Part shown: positions 22,657 to 32,435 of the stretch, one piece after another
How positions within the stretch are numbered: the stretch's first letter is position 1
Layout of the letters: every line of letters starts with the position of its first letter
Made by a program: the position numbers and the translations under genes
Source of the DNA: Verrucomicrobiia bacterium
GTDB taxonomy: Bacteria; Verrucomicrobiota; Verrucomicrobiia; Limisphaerales; UBA1319
Assembly: GCA_963664225.1 (NCBI GenBank)
Contig: OY760937.1
Location: 5,312,001-5,376,000 of the forward strand
Length of the DNA stretch: 64,000 nucleotides
Reading direction: 5' to 3'
Notes under the pieces: model-generated
What the model saw: the letters and a program-made list of their open reading frames with translations, nothing else
Databases searched by the model: none
Told to the model about the DNA's origin: nothing

Positions 22657-22860
22657 TACGGGGGCATTTCTTCTGGACCGTGGAGTCTTGTCCGTTTCCA
22701 TGCAGCTCGATTTGAATTGAAACGCTTTTTGGTTTCGGCCATGCCGGGTTAGGCATACCGCTCCGAATCATCGACTCTGCGCCCGAGGCATTCGACTCCA
22801 TCCTGGCTGCTCCACGGAGTTCGATGCACGCGGGCGTTAGGCCACCTCACCAGATAAACT

Positions 22861-24144
22861 TTATTGAGGCTGCACCCGACCTGACATGTGTGGATCATAG
22901 GTGGAGTGTTTTGCAGGGAGGATACGCTGAATCAAGGACCAAGCTGCCTGATCGCAAGCGCGTTCGGCGTTTTCATTGCCGGCATTGCAGGCTGCGAACA
23001 CCGCGAAATCGATGTCCGGAGCAATGGTCAAGCATGCATACCATCTGCCGTTGCTTCCGGAGTGGTAAAGCCACCGTCCCCTGGCCCAGTCCCTGGTGGA
23101 AACAATCCAATCCATCGCCCAGGCACCCGCGAGCGGCGTGTGTAGCCTGCGGAAACTCTTTACCGAGAGCAAACCCTTCTTGCCAAGTTCACCGGACAAA
23201 TGAGCGCTCGTGAAACGGGCGATGTCCTGCAGGGAGGCATGTGCTCTTCCGTTCGGATTGAATGAGGGCGGATTGTCAGCAAACCGATTACCCGGATCCA
23301 GCGTGTGCCAGATTGCCCCGGGCGACTCGCCATTCAGCCAGTGCCCCCAGGGTTGATCGCGTTTACCGGGATCGCCAGGAGGCCCAAATCCGGTCGATTT
23401 CATCCCTAGCGGAACAAGCAGTTCCTGTTCAAAGAGTTTTTCAAAACTCTTCCCGGCGGTTTTCTCGAGCATCAGCCCGGCAAGCATGACCCCGGCATTT
23501 GAATAATCACTTTTCCCCGTGCGACCAACCGGTGGCAGGGCCAGAACCGCCTCGGCGCACTTACGCCGGTTCTCGGTTGGCGACAGCTTTGTGTCATAAT
23601 CCTGGAGAAACCAAACGGGCATGCCTTTGTGTAGAAGCCGCGGGGCGGTTTCGGAATCCTGAGACTCCATGGGCACATCCTGGGGTAAGCCACTTTCGTG
23701 GCGGAGGAGTTGATCCAGTGTGACCGTCCGATACTCTTTTCGCATCAGGCCAGTCAGTTCAGGAACCGCTTGTGCAATCGTCGTATCCCAGGTGATGCAG
23801 CCTTTTTCGACCAATCGAGCGGCAACAGTAGCCGTCATGGGCTTGGTAATGGATCCCAGGTGCCAATGGTCATTGGTCGTAACCCGTTCCCGGAAACCCA
23901 CAGCACGCAAACCTGTGGCTGCCAATTCGACCATGCCGGTGGAAGTCATCGAAACCGCAGCCAAGGCTGGCAGGTTGTGCCCCTGCCTGATACGCTCAAG
24001 AACTTCCGTGAGATGACCATCGCCAGCAGAGCCGAACTTGAAATCATCCTGAAAATCCCATAGTTCCGAACCCAAGCCAGTCGATACAGCCGTACAAACG
24101 CATGTGAAGAGGACTAGCGCTGTTTTGAGACTTGGGATTCTCAT
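22861..24144 (-). CDS. Beta-lactamase-family (class C-like) serine hydrolase, exported
   Basis: GSITK (SxxK), LLRHESG, YSN, HSGSNG; signal peptide after ATG 24144. Confidence 0.85.
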   Translation of the reverse strand: MRIPSLKTALVLFTCVCTAVSTGLGSELWDFQDDFKFGSAGDGHLTEVLERIRQGHNLPALAAVSMTSTGMVELAATGLRAVGFRERVTTNDHWHLGSITKPMTATVAARLVEKGCITWDTTIAQAVPELTGLMRKEYRTVTLDQLLRHESGLPQDVPMESQDSETAPRLLHKGMPVWFLQDYDTKLSPTENRRKCAEAVLALPPVGRTGKSDYSNAGVMLAGLMLEKTAGKSFEKLFEQELLVPLGMKSTGFGPPGDPGKRDQPWGHWLNGESPGAIWHTLDPGNRFADNPPSFNPNGRAHASLQDIARFTSAHLSGELGKKGLLSVKSFRRLHTPLAGAWAMDWIVSTRDWARGRWLYHSGSNGRWYACLTIAPDIDFAVFAACNAGNENAERACDQAAWSLIQRILPAKHSTYDPHMSGRVQPQ

Positions 24145-24446
24145 GGGAAGAGATAGTGGCCTTTGATTAAATGACGAGCAGTTCGTAAATTGAATCGGGA
24201 ATGAAATGCCAGGAATACAACTGCATTTGGCCAAATGCTGCGAGCGGCATTTCGTCACGCGTCCTCTGTCAAAGAAGCGCGTGAGAATTTCCATGAGCGT
24301 TATGTGGCTGAGCGGCATTTTGTGACGGATTATAAATCCAGATTAAGCATGTGTTCTCTTCTCCCCAACAATTTTCAAGGTGGGCGGCAGTCATGATGGA
24401 GTCAAATGGAAAATAACGCGCGAAAGCAGGGACGAACAAGAATTGC

Positions 24447-25439
24447 TCAGGCCCTGGGATGGGCGAGATTATAGGCCTGCTTGAGGCGTTCGGTGGTCAG
24501 GTGGGTGTAGATTTGGGTGGTGGCCAGGTGGGCGTGGCCGAGCAGTTCCTGAACGCTGCGGAGGTCGGCTCCGGCGTCGAGGAGGTGCGTGGCGTAGCTG
24601 TGGCGCAGTTTGTGGGGAGTCAGCTTGGGGTCCAGACCGGCCATGGTGAGGTATCGCTTGAGCCGGAGTTGGATCAGCCTTGGATAAATGGGAGCGGGCG
24701 TGTCAAAATTCACCCAGAAGGCGGGTTCGGTGTTCGCGGGAACGTGGGGCAGGGATTGCCAGTAATGTGCGATGGCCTCCAGGGCGGGCGCGCCAATGGG
24801 GACCTGGCGTTCCTTGCGGCCTTTTCCAAGGACACGGATGAGTTGTTCCTGCGGCTGGATATCCCCGGCGGTGAGGCTGCAAATCTCGCTGATACGCAGG
24901 CCGCAGGAGTAAATGGTTTCAAGGATGGCGACATCGCGCAGACAGGCCGAGGCATCTTCAACGGTGGGTTTGGGGGCGTCGTCTGCGGTCACTTTGAGCG
25001 CGTTCAACGGGGCCTGGAGCAGGTCGATCATCTGCTGAACAGTGAGAAAGCGCGGGAGCCGTTTTTCGATTTTCGGCATCGAGATATTGCGAATGGGCGA
25101 GCTGGTGAGGACTCCGCGACGAATGAGGAATTTGTAAAAAGAGCGTAGGGCTGAAAAGCGAAGCTGCGTGGCCGCGCGGCTTAATTTGGAACGGCCCAGG
25201 AAACGCAGGTAGGCGCGAAAATCGTCCCGTTCCAGTTTTTCCCAGCAGGGCAGTGATTGGTGCTCGTGCCAGCGCCAGCCCACAAATTCGTCCAGCGCCT
25301 GTTTGTAATTGCGATGCGTGTACGGAGACGCCCCGCGATCCCCGGTCAGGTGCTGGAGGAATTGATCCACACGGGTGTCTGGCGGTGGACTTTGGTCTGC
25401 CTGGTTGCCGGGAAGCGCGCTGGAGGCGTCCGCGTTCAC
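24447..25439 (-). CDS. xerC: Tyrosine recombinase XerC
   Basis: GLRISE, GKGRKER, HKLRHSYATH, LGHAHLATTQIY; SAM-like N-domain; overlaps the topB stop. Confidence 0.88.
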   Translation of the reverse strand: MNADASSALPGNQADQSPPPDTRVDQFLQHLTGDRGASPYTHRNYKQALDEFVGWRWHEHQSLPCWEKLERDDFRAYLRFLGRSKLSRAATQLRFSALRSFYKFLIRRGVLTSSPIRNISMPKIEKRLPRFLTVQQMIDLLQAPLNALKVTADDAPKPTVEDASACLRDVAILETIYSCGLRISEICSLTAGDIQPQEQLIRVLGKGRKERQVPIGAPALEAIAHYWQSLPHVPANTEPAFWVNFDTPAPIYPRLIQLRLKRYLTMAGLDPKLTPHKLRHSYATHLLDAGADLRSVQELLGHAHLATTQIYTHLTTERLKQAYNLAHPRA

Positions 25440-27967
25440 GGTTTCGGTTCGACTTCCGAGCCTTCCGCCTGGGGCTTGCGGTTGAGTATCTTCGCGCCTT
25501 TGGGGGCCGGAGTCTTGCGCACCCGGGGAGCAAACTCAAATCCCACCTTGCCCTCTTTATTGGCCACCAGAAACGCGGAGAAAGGTCTGTTCTTCTTGGA
25601 AATGAAACGATTGAGCAAATCCGTTTTGCCGGTCGCCAGCAACTTGGTCATCTGCGCGCGGTCGATCTGCTGCTGGAGAATGATTTTCCCCGTGCGGAAC
25701 GTGCAGGTCTTGGGCGTTTCAACGGACTTTTCGCAAATGTAGCTCATGCCGTGCTCGAAAACACGCCCGCCGCATTTGGGGCACTTGCCAAGCGATTCCT
25801 GCGCGGAAAAATCCACGGGTTCCGGATTTCCATCCGCTCCGGTGCCGGGCTGGCCGAAATCAAATTCCAGCTTGAACTCCGGGGAGAATTTCATGATCGC
25901 CGCAAAGGGTCGTCCCATCTTGCTGCGGAAACCTTGCAGCGGCCCGATCTTTTTGTTCGTCAGCAGCTCCTCGATTTCCGCAGATTCGAATTGGCGCCCG
26001 GCAACGGTTTTCCAGAGGGCGAAATCGCAGCTCTTGCACTGGAATTTTTTGTAGTTCTCCTGAATGACGCCCTGGCATTTGGGGCAGGGGGTTTTGAGGG
26101 GGGCGAAATCTCCGGGAACGGTTTCGTTCTCGTAGCCTTTGGCCTTGTTGACGATGTTGCGCGTCATTTCGGCAATCCGGCTCATGAATTCAGGGCGCTG
26201 GAGTTGGCCGCGCTCCATTTGCTTGAGCTGGAATTCCCAATTGCCGGTCAGCTCCGGCGAGCAAAGTTCGGGAATGCCCAAACCACGCAGGAGCGTCATG
26301 AGTGAAAACGCCTTGGGCGTCGGGACGAGTTCGCGTCCCTGGCGCAGCATGTATTCTTCCGAGAGCAGGCCTTCGATGGTGGCCGCGCGCGTGGCCGGTG
26401 TGCCCAGTCCTTTGGCGCTCATCGCCTCGCGTAATTCCTCGTCGTCCACCAGTTTGCCCGCGCCTTCCATGGCGGAGAGGAGCGTGGCTTCCGTATAGCG
26501 CGCCGGTGGCTTGGTCTGGCAGGCGGCGACCTCGATCTTGGTCGTATCCACCTTCTCGCCGGGTTTCACCGGCACCAGACTCGGGGTATCCTCGGACTGT
26601 GCCTCCTTGCCATAGACCGTGAGCCATCCGGGCTGGACCATGACCTTGCCTTCGCTTTTGAAAGGCTCGCTTTCCACGCGCGTGATGCGTGTGGTGAGCA
26701 GAAATTCGGCCGCGGGATAAAACACGGAGAGGAACCGGCGTGTTACAAAATTGTAGAGCGCCGCCTCGTCACCTTCCAGGTTCTTGGGAGCAAGGGCGGT
26801 GGGTATGATGGCGAAATGGTCGGAAATCTTGGCGTTGTTAAAGATCCGTTTATTGGGCTGAACCCAGCGATTCTTGAGAATTTCCCCCGCATACTGCGAA
26901 AACTGCGTATCCCCGAGTGCCGTCAGCGTCTGGCGCACGGTATCCTGATAATCCTCAGGCAAAGCGCGGGAGTCCGTTCTCGGATACGTGAGCGCTTTAT
27001 GCCGTTCATAGAGGGCTTGGGCCAGTTGAAGCGTCCGTTTGGCTGAAAAATGGAACCGGTTGTTCGCCTCGCGCTGGAGGCTGGTCAGATCGAAAAGCAG
27101 CGGAGAAAGCTGGCTGCTGGGTTTGCTTTCCTCGGTGACGATGCCCGGTTTTCCGAGGCATTTATCGTGCAGGGCTCTGGCCACGGCCACATCCCAGATG
27201 CGCTCGGGTTTTTGCTCCGCATCGCCGTTCTTGTCTTTGGCGAATTTTTCATCGAACCAACGCCCGGTGTAAGAGCCTGCTTGGGCGCCGAAGGTGGCAT
27301 GCACTTCCCAGTAATCGCGGCAAATAAAGCGTTTAATCTTCTCCTCGCGCTCGACCACAATGGCCAGGGTCGGCGTTTGAACACGGCCAACGGTGGTCAG
27401 TTGGAAACCGCCTGACTTGGAGTTAAAGGCGGTCATGGCGCGCGTGCCGTTGATGCCGACCAGCCAATCAGACTCGGAGCGGCAGACGGCCGCATCCGCC
27501 AGGGGGCGCATGGTTTCGTCAGCCCGCAGATCCTTGAAACCCTCCCGGATGGAGTTGGGGGTCATGGATTGGAGCCAGAGCCGCTGGATTTTCTTATCCG
27601 TTTTCGCGTGCTGTACTATATAGCGGAAGATCAGCTCCCCCTCGCGGCCTGCATCGCATGCATTAATGAGGGAATCGATATCCTTGCGCTTCAAAAGCCG
27701 GACCAGCGTCTTAAGCCGGGCCTCGGATCTTTCTATGGGGCGCAACGCAAAATGGGGCGGAATCATGGGCAGATTGGCAAAGGACCATTTGCCACGCTTC
27801 ACCTCAAACTCTTCTGGAACAGTGAGTTCAAGAAGATGACCTACTGCGGAAGAGAGCACGAATTGGTCGCTCTCGAAGTAGTCTTCGTGTTTGGTAAAAC
27901 CACCCAGCACGCGGGCGATATCCGCCGCAACCGATGGTTTTTCCGCAATAATCAACGCTTTGCCCAT
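25436..27967 (-). CDS. topB: DNA topoisomerase III (type IA) with C-terminal Zn-ribbon/Toprim_Crpt repeats
   Basis: IIAEKPSVA, NACDAGREGELIF, GRVQTPTL, LTYPRTDS, GLGTPATRA. Confidence 0.92.
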   Translation of the reverse strand: MGKALIIAEKPSVAADIARVLGGFTKHEDYFESDQFVLSSAVGHLLELTVPEEFEVKRGKWSFANLPMIPPHFALRPIERSEARLKTLVRLLKRKDIDSLINACDAGREGELIFRYIVQHAKTDKKIQRLWLQSMTPNSIREGFKDLRADETMRPLADAAVCRSESDWLVGINGTRAMTAFNSKSGGFQLTTVGRVQTPTLAIVVEREEKIKRFICRDYWEVHATFGAQAGSYTGRWFDEKFAKDKNGDAEQKPERIWDVAVARALHDKCLGKPGIVTEESKPSSQLSPLLFDLTSLQREANNRFHFSAKRTLQLAQALYERHKALTYPRTDSRALPEDYQDTVRQTLTALGDTQFSQYAGEILKNRWVQPNKRIFNNAKISDHFAIIPTALAPKNLEGDEAALYNFVTRRFLSVFYPAAEFLLTTRITRVESEPFKSEGKVMVQPGWLTVYGKEAQSEDTPSLVPVKPGEKVDTTKIEVAACQTKPPARYTEATLLSAMEGAGKLVDDEELREAMSAKGLGTPATRAATIEGLLSEEYMLRQGRELVPTPKAFSLMTLLRGLGIPELCSPELTGNWEFQLKQMERGQLQRPEFMSRIAEMTRNIVNKAKGYENETVPGDFAPLKTPCPKCQGVIQENYKKFQCKSCDFALWKTVAGRQFESAEIEELLTNKKIGPLQGFRSKMGRPFAAIMKFSPEFKLEFDFGQPGTGADGNPEPVDFSAQESLGKCPKCGGRVFEHGMSYICEKSVETPKTCTFRTGKIILQQQIDRAQMTKLLATGKTDLLNRFISKKNRPFSAFLVANKEGKVGFEFAPRVRKTPAPKGAKILNRKPQAEGSEVEPKP

Positions 27968-28244
27968 GTCTTTCTGCACTTTTTTCCGAGATTATTAAAG
28001 CCTCAAGGATTGCCTGAGCATCCCGAGGTATGGCCGTCGCATTGAACGCGTCGGCGGCCTGTCATAACAATAGGCTGGGAAATTGCTCCAATCCTTATGC
28101 AAAGTCAAAGCCTGAATCGATACGGCGGCTTGCAGAGAGGGATATATTGAATGTATGTTGTTGCAGCAAAGAACTTTACGACAGTTTTAATGGGGTTTGC
28201 CGGGCCGGAAGTGGGAATAATCGTTAAAGGAGACCTGAAAGCGG

Positions 28245-29615
28245 CTATTTGCCGATGCAGAATTGGCTGAAAATGGTGTCGAGGAGGTCTTCGGTGGTAG
28301 TCTGGCCCACGATTTCGCCCACGGCATTGACCGCAATCCGTAGTTCCATCGCGGTGAGTTCGAGCGGGACGTCGTCGCGGAGGGTGGAAAGAGTGTTTTC
28401 TGCCGCATGGGCGGCGCGCTCAAGGGCTTTCTGATGTCTGGAATTGATCATGACATCGAGCATTTCGTTCTTAATTTCGCCGCTCCAGACGGTTTCCTTG
28501 ATCTTATCCTTGAGGGCTTCAATTCCCGTTCCTGTTGTGCAACATACTGGAATGGCAATGTGTTGCGTGCCGTCTGGGAGCGTCAGGCGCGCGGGCAGAT
28601 CGGATTTGTTGAGGATGAGCAGGCGCGGTTTGGTGCCAAAGTCAGCGAGGCTGTCGTTATCAGCCACTGAATCAGGCTCGGATTGATCGAAAACATGGAG
28701 AATGAGTTCCGCCTGACCCATGGTTTGTTTGCTGCGGCGCAAGCCCTCCTTTTCGATGGGATCGTGGGAATGGCGGAGTCCGGCCGTATCGATGAAAACG
28801 ACCGGGATGCCCCTGATGTTGGCCGTTTCCTCGATGGTATCGCGGGTGGTGCCGGCGATGGGGGAGACAATGGCGCGGTCGTGTCCGAGTAATTGGTTGA
28901 GCAGGCTCGATTTCCCGGCATTGGGTTTGCCGACAATGGCCACGCGGATGCCGCGCCTGAGAATCTGGCCTTCGCGTGAGGTCGCCAGCAATTCCCGCAT
29001 GAACGCGAGTGCTTTTTCGATTTTCAGGGCCAGTTGGTCTTTGGTGGCGGGGGCAATATCCTCCTCGGGAAAATCGATGTGGGCTTCGACATGGGCCAGA
29101 ATGGAGAGCAAGTCGTTGCGCAGAATCTGGATGCGCGCCGAGAGTTTGCCCGCCAGTTGTTCATGGGCGGCGGCAAGGGAGAGTTCCGTGCGGGAGTGGA
29201 TGAGATCGGCAACGGCCTCGGCCTGGGTCAGATCGATGCGACCGTTGATGAAGGCGCGTTTAGTGAATTCGCCGGGCTGCGCCAACCGGGCGCCATGGGC
29301 CAGGACGGCATCGAGGACGAGCTTCGTGACGAGGATACCCCCGTGACAGGTGATCTCCACCATGTCTTCGCGCGTGAAGGTGCGGGGGGCGCGCAGGATC
29401 GCAAGCATGACTTCATCAATGACATGGCCGTCGCGCTGGATCTTCCCATAGTGGAGCGTATGGGAGGGGGCCTCGATGGGCTTTCGGGACTCGCGGCCAA
29501 TGGGTTCAAACCATGCGTTGGCCATTTGAATGGCTTTGGGGCCAGACAAACGGACGACGGCCAGTCCCGCCTCGCCGAGGGGCGTGGAAATGGCCGCTAT
29601 GGTGTCTTCCAACAT
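28245..29615 (-). CDS. mnmE: tRNA uridine modification GTPase MnmE
   Basis: DTIAAISTP, GKPNAGKSS, GTTRD, DTAG, NKSD, C-terminal FCIGK. Confidence 0.97.
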   Translation of the reverse strand: MLEDTIAAISTPLGEAGLAVVRLSGPKAIQMANAWFEPIGRESRKPIEAPSHTLHYGKIQRDGHVIDEVMLAILRAPRTFTREDMVEITCHGGILVTKLVLDAVLAHGARLAQPGEFTKRAFINGRIDLTQAEAVADLIHSRTELSLAAAHEQLAGKLSARIQILRNDLLSILAHVEAHIDFPEEDIAPATKDQLALKIEKALAFMRELLATSREGQILRRGIRVAIVGKPNAGKSSLLNQLLGHDRAIVSPIAGTTRDTIEETANIRGIPVVFIDTAGLRHSHDPIEKEGLRRSKQTMGQAELILHVFDQSEPDSVADNDSLADFGTKPRLLILNKSDLPARLTLPDGTQHIAIPVCCTTGTGIEALKDKIKETVWSGEIKNEMLDVMINSRHQKALERAAHAAENTLSTLRDDVPLELTAMELRIAVNAVGEIVGQTTTEDLLDTIFSQFCIGK

Positions 29616-29621
29616 GGCGGC

Positions 29622-30608
29622 CTACCGGGCGGCGTCCTGTTGCTTTTGGATGAGAAAATCGCACCATGCATCCATGCCACTGCCGGTCTTGGAAGAGAGT
29701 TCAAAGATTCGGGCCTGGGGGGCGAGTCGTCGGATGTTGGCCACGGCTTCATCCCGTCGAAATTCAGTGGCGGCAGCGAGGTCCATTTTGCTGAGGATCA
29801 CGACATGGGCGTTGCTGAAAATGGGCGGATATTTCAGGGGCTTGTCCTCGCCTTCGGTCACGGAATGCAGGACAACGCGCAAATCCTCGCCCAGATCGTA
29901 GGAGGCCGGGCAAACGAGGTTGCCGACGTTCTCGATGACGAGCAGGTCGAGGTGTTCGAGGTCGAGTTGGCTCATGGCCTTGGAAACCATTTCCGCGTCC
30001 AGATGGCAGACCGTGCCGGTCGTGATTTGAACCGCAGGGGCGCCGGCCGCGCGCAGGCGCCTGGCGTCATTATCCGTTTCCAAATCGCCCACAATCACCC
30101 CGGCGCGCAGGCGCTTGCCGAGGTGCGTGATCGTTTTTTGGAGCAGGGTGGTCTTGCCCGCGCCCGGCGAGGACAGCACGTTGATCACGAGGAGTTTTTT
30201 CGCCTTGAAATAACCGCGGTTGCGCTCTGCCAGGCGATCGTTTTGGTCCAGAACCGGCTGGTTGAGCGTCAACACCTCGTGGGGATGTTCATGCGGATGT
30301 TCATGATCCTCGGGGTGGTCATGAGGATGCTCGTGATCGTGGGGATGATCATGGGGATGGCTGTGCGGCTCATCGTGAGAATGGAGCGAATCGTGTGCAT
30401 GACCGACTTCCGAGGCGGACTCATGTTCATGACTGTGTTCGTGAGAGTGGCTGTGCGCGGCTCCGCCCTCATGCTCATGGGCATGCGCGTGGCTGTGTCC
30501 ATGGCCGGAGCCGCTGGCGGCGCCAGTAAAAGGGGAGGGCACCTGGCTGCCAGGGGTGCCGTTGATACTCACTTCCCGGGGCAGACCGCATCCGCATTCG
30601 TCGCACAT
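29622..30608 (-). CDS. hypB: Nickel-incorporation GTPase HypB with N-terminal CxxCGC and a long His-rich tract
   Basis: [18 protein letters not shown] motif, [20 protein letters not shown]. Confidence 0.95.
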   Translation of the reverse strand: MCDECGCGLPREVSINGTPGSQVPSPFTGAASGSGHGHSHAHAHEHEGGAAHSHSHEHSHEHESASEVGHAHDSLHSHDEPHSHPHDHPHDHEHPHDHPEDHEHPHEHPHEVLTLNQPVLDQNDRLAERNRGYFKAKKLLVINVLSSPGAGKTTLLQKTITHLGKRLRAGVIVGDLETDNDARRLRAAGAPAVQITTGTVCHLDAEMVSKAMSQLDLEHLDLLVIENVGNLVCPASYDLGEDLRVVLHSVTEGEDKPLKYPPIFSNAHVVILSKMDLAAATEFRRDEAVANIRRLAPQARIFELSSKTGSGMDAWCDFLIQKQQDAAR

Positions 30609-30612
30609 AAAT

Positions 30613-30954
30613 TTAAGAGACTTCCATCGAAGTTAATTCAAGCTCGCGCCCGCGCCGTAATTCGAGGCTGGGTTGGGAGCACTTTGGGCATTCCCGATTC
30701 CAGTCTTCAACCTGGAACTCGGACGCGCACTTTTCGCACCAATAGACCGCGGGAATTTGCTCAATTTCCAGGGTCGCTTTTTCCGCCATGGTGCCTTTGC
30801 GCAGCGCTTCAAAAGCAAACGTCATGGAGTCTGGAACCACGCCGGCCAAAGCGCCCACACGCATGCGTACCAGGTGAATTTCGCGGGCGCCGGACTTTTG
30901 CGCCGTTGAAATGGCCAGGTCCAGCGTGCCTTGAACAATGCCTAACTCATGCAT
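30613..30954 (-). CDS. hypA: Nickel metallochaperone HypA
   Basis: MHE N-terminus, two CxxC (CEKC, CPKC), GREL. Confidence 0.95.
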   Translation of the reverse strand: MHELGIVQGTLDLAISTAQKSGAREIHLVRMRVGALAGVVPDSMTFAFEALRKGTMAEKATLEIEQIPAVYWCEKCASEFQVEDWNRECPKCSQPSLELRRGRELELTSMEVS

Positions 30955-31656
30955 GACGATGGGATAACGCTAATCGGATACAGGCCTGTGTCAAGGTTTC
31001 GCCGTTTTAACCACGAAAGGGCCGAATCATGTGTGCTAGAAGTATATATGAAACGAATAGACTTGGGGTTTGCCGAAGGTTGTTGGCCGATCGCCGGAGG
31101 CGGGATGAGGGTATGTGGCATGCAACATATTCAGGCGCAGAACCTTGTAACCCAGGTGTCCTCACCGGGCGTCTTCCGTGTTTTCGTCCATTTTTGCTTT
31201 TGCCGCCTGCCTGAATTTTGTCCTGCGCTCAATTGCAACGGCCGCCAGCCGTCTGACAAAATTCCCTCGAACGAATGGCTTCATGGAGGACGACCCCGGC
31301 CATAACCGTTTCAATCAATCCCTCCGCAAGCAGCGCATTCTTGCGTTCAACCGGTTGACCACGGGTTGATTGCTGGTCAACCGGATTGATTGGGTTGACC
31401 ACGATCTTGGCGGGAGTGGATCGGAATCATTAATGACGAAAACGCAGGATTGAGTCAGGATCTGCAGACGCGTTATCGAGCCACCACAGAAAAAACCGAA
31501 AAAAAAGAATCGGAGCAGCAACGTTTTATTCTGGTGAGCCCTGGACTAATGGAACCCCTCCCACGCCTGCTGGCCCACCGCCACATCACCCGTACCAATT
31601 CCATGTTCGTCGGTGCTCTAAAATCCCGTATTTTGTCGGGCATGGGTCAAAGCATA

Positions 31657-31708
31657 GTATGGTTCGGTATTCATCTTCTGATGGGTTCTTAGACCAATTG
31701 CCTGAAAC
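31657..31708 (+). repeat. 52-bp imperfect direct repeat, copy A
   Basis: GTATGGTTCGGTATTCAtCTTCTGAtGGGTT...GCCTGAAAC; 45/52 identical to 32334-32385 without gaps. Confidence 0.85.
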
Positions 31709-32001
31709 GGCATGGGGGAAAAGGGATGGACAAGTGCGATTCCTTTTCAGCGGTGGCAGGGTCGAATCTTCTGTTGCCAAAGCGATTTATGGGGAGCAGG
31801 CTGCATTTGTTGTCAACGATGTATTTGCCATGAGGACGGCCAATTCATTCGCCTAATCCAATCGGCTGAGCTTGATCGGTTCGGACGGCCACAGCTCTGG
31901 AGGGTGTTATTGTGAACAAATCAGGACATGAAAAGCGAACAATACTAATGGGTGGACCCCTTACGATCCGCCTGGGGCGAATCCTGCACTTCATTAAGGT
32001 G

Positions 32002-32289
32002 ATGAATACGAAATCATTTTTTGTGGCACTGATCGCCGGATTGATTGGAATGGGATTGACATGGGCTTTCTATAGATGGGGTGGCGATTATGCCGGTGCT
32101 AGGATTGGCCCGGTTCTGGCATTCGGACTAAGTCCTATCCTGTTCGCGGTGCTCAGCTTTGCGACAGGGTTTCTTCTTGTTGGGGATCGGCCCTTGAATT
32201 TACTTAGGTTGTATTGGCTGCCCCTGCCATTATTCTTGTGCTATGTACCTCTCCTGCTTTGGATGTGGGGGGTTCGCCATGATTCCTAG
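32002..32289 (+). CDS. Small hypothetical membrane protein (about 3 TM helices)
   Basis: 95-aa ORF from ATG 32002 preceded by AAGGTG; three hydrophobic segments; no recognised family. Confidence 0.5.
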   Translation: MNTKSFFVALIAGLIGMGLTWAFYRWGGDYAGARIGPVLAFGLSPILFAVLSFATGFLLVGDRPLNLLRLYWLPLPLFLCYVPLLLWMWGVRHDS

Positions 32290-32333
32290 GCTTTGTCTGT
32301 TACGCAATTATTTCCAGATAGGGGTCACCCATG

Positions 32334-32385
32334 GTATGGTTCGGTATTCACCTTCTGACGGGTTCAAAGGCCACTCGCCTGAAAC
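32334..32385 (+). repeat. 52-bp imperfect direct repeat, copy B
   Basis: Matches copy A at 31657-31708. Confidence 0.85.
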
Positions 32386-32435
32386 ATATCCGCAGGCCGG
32401 GGCAGCAAGCCAACGTGCGAAAAGAGCGATTTGAT

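Noticed and set aside
22861..24144. Antibiotic-resistance beta-lactamase
   Set aside because: SxxK/YSN motifs are shared with many esterases and peptidases; HSG replaces KTG; resistance cannot be supported from sequence
24447..25439. Prophage or island integrase
   Set aside because: XerC-type sequence coupled to topB in a housekeeping block; no att repeats or phage genes
30270..30505. Short tandem repeats as CRISPR or VNTR
   Set aside because: Degenerate codons of the HypB His-rich tract; no repeat-spacer structure
29034..30956. 640-aa plus-strand ORF with a Met/Val-rich stretch
   Set aside because: Antisense of mnmE/hypB/hypA; the Met/Val run is the reverse complement of His codons
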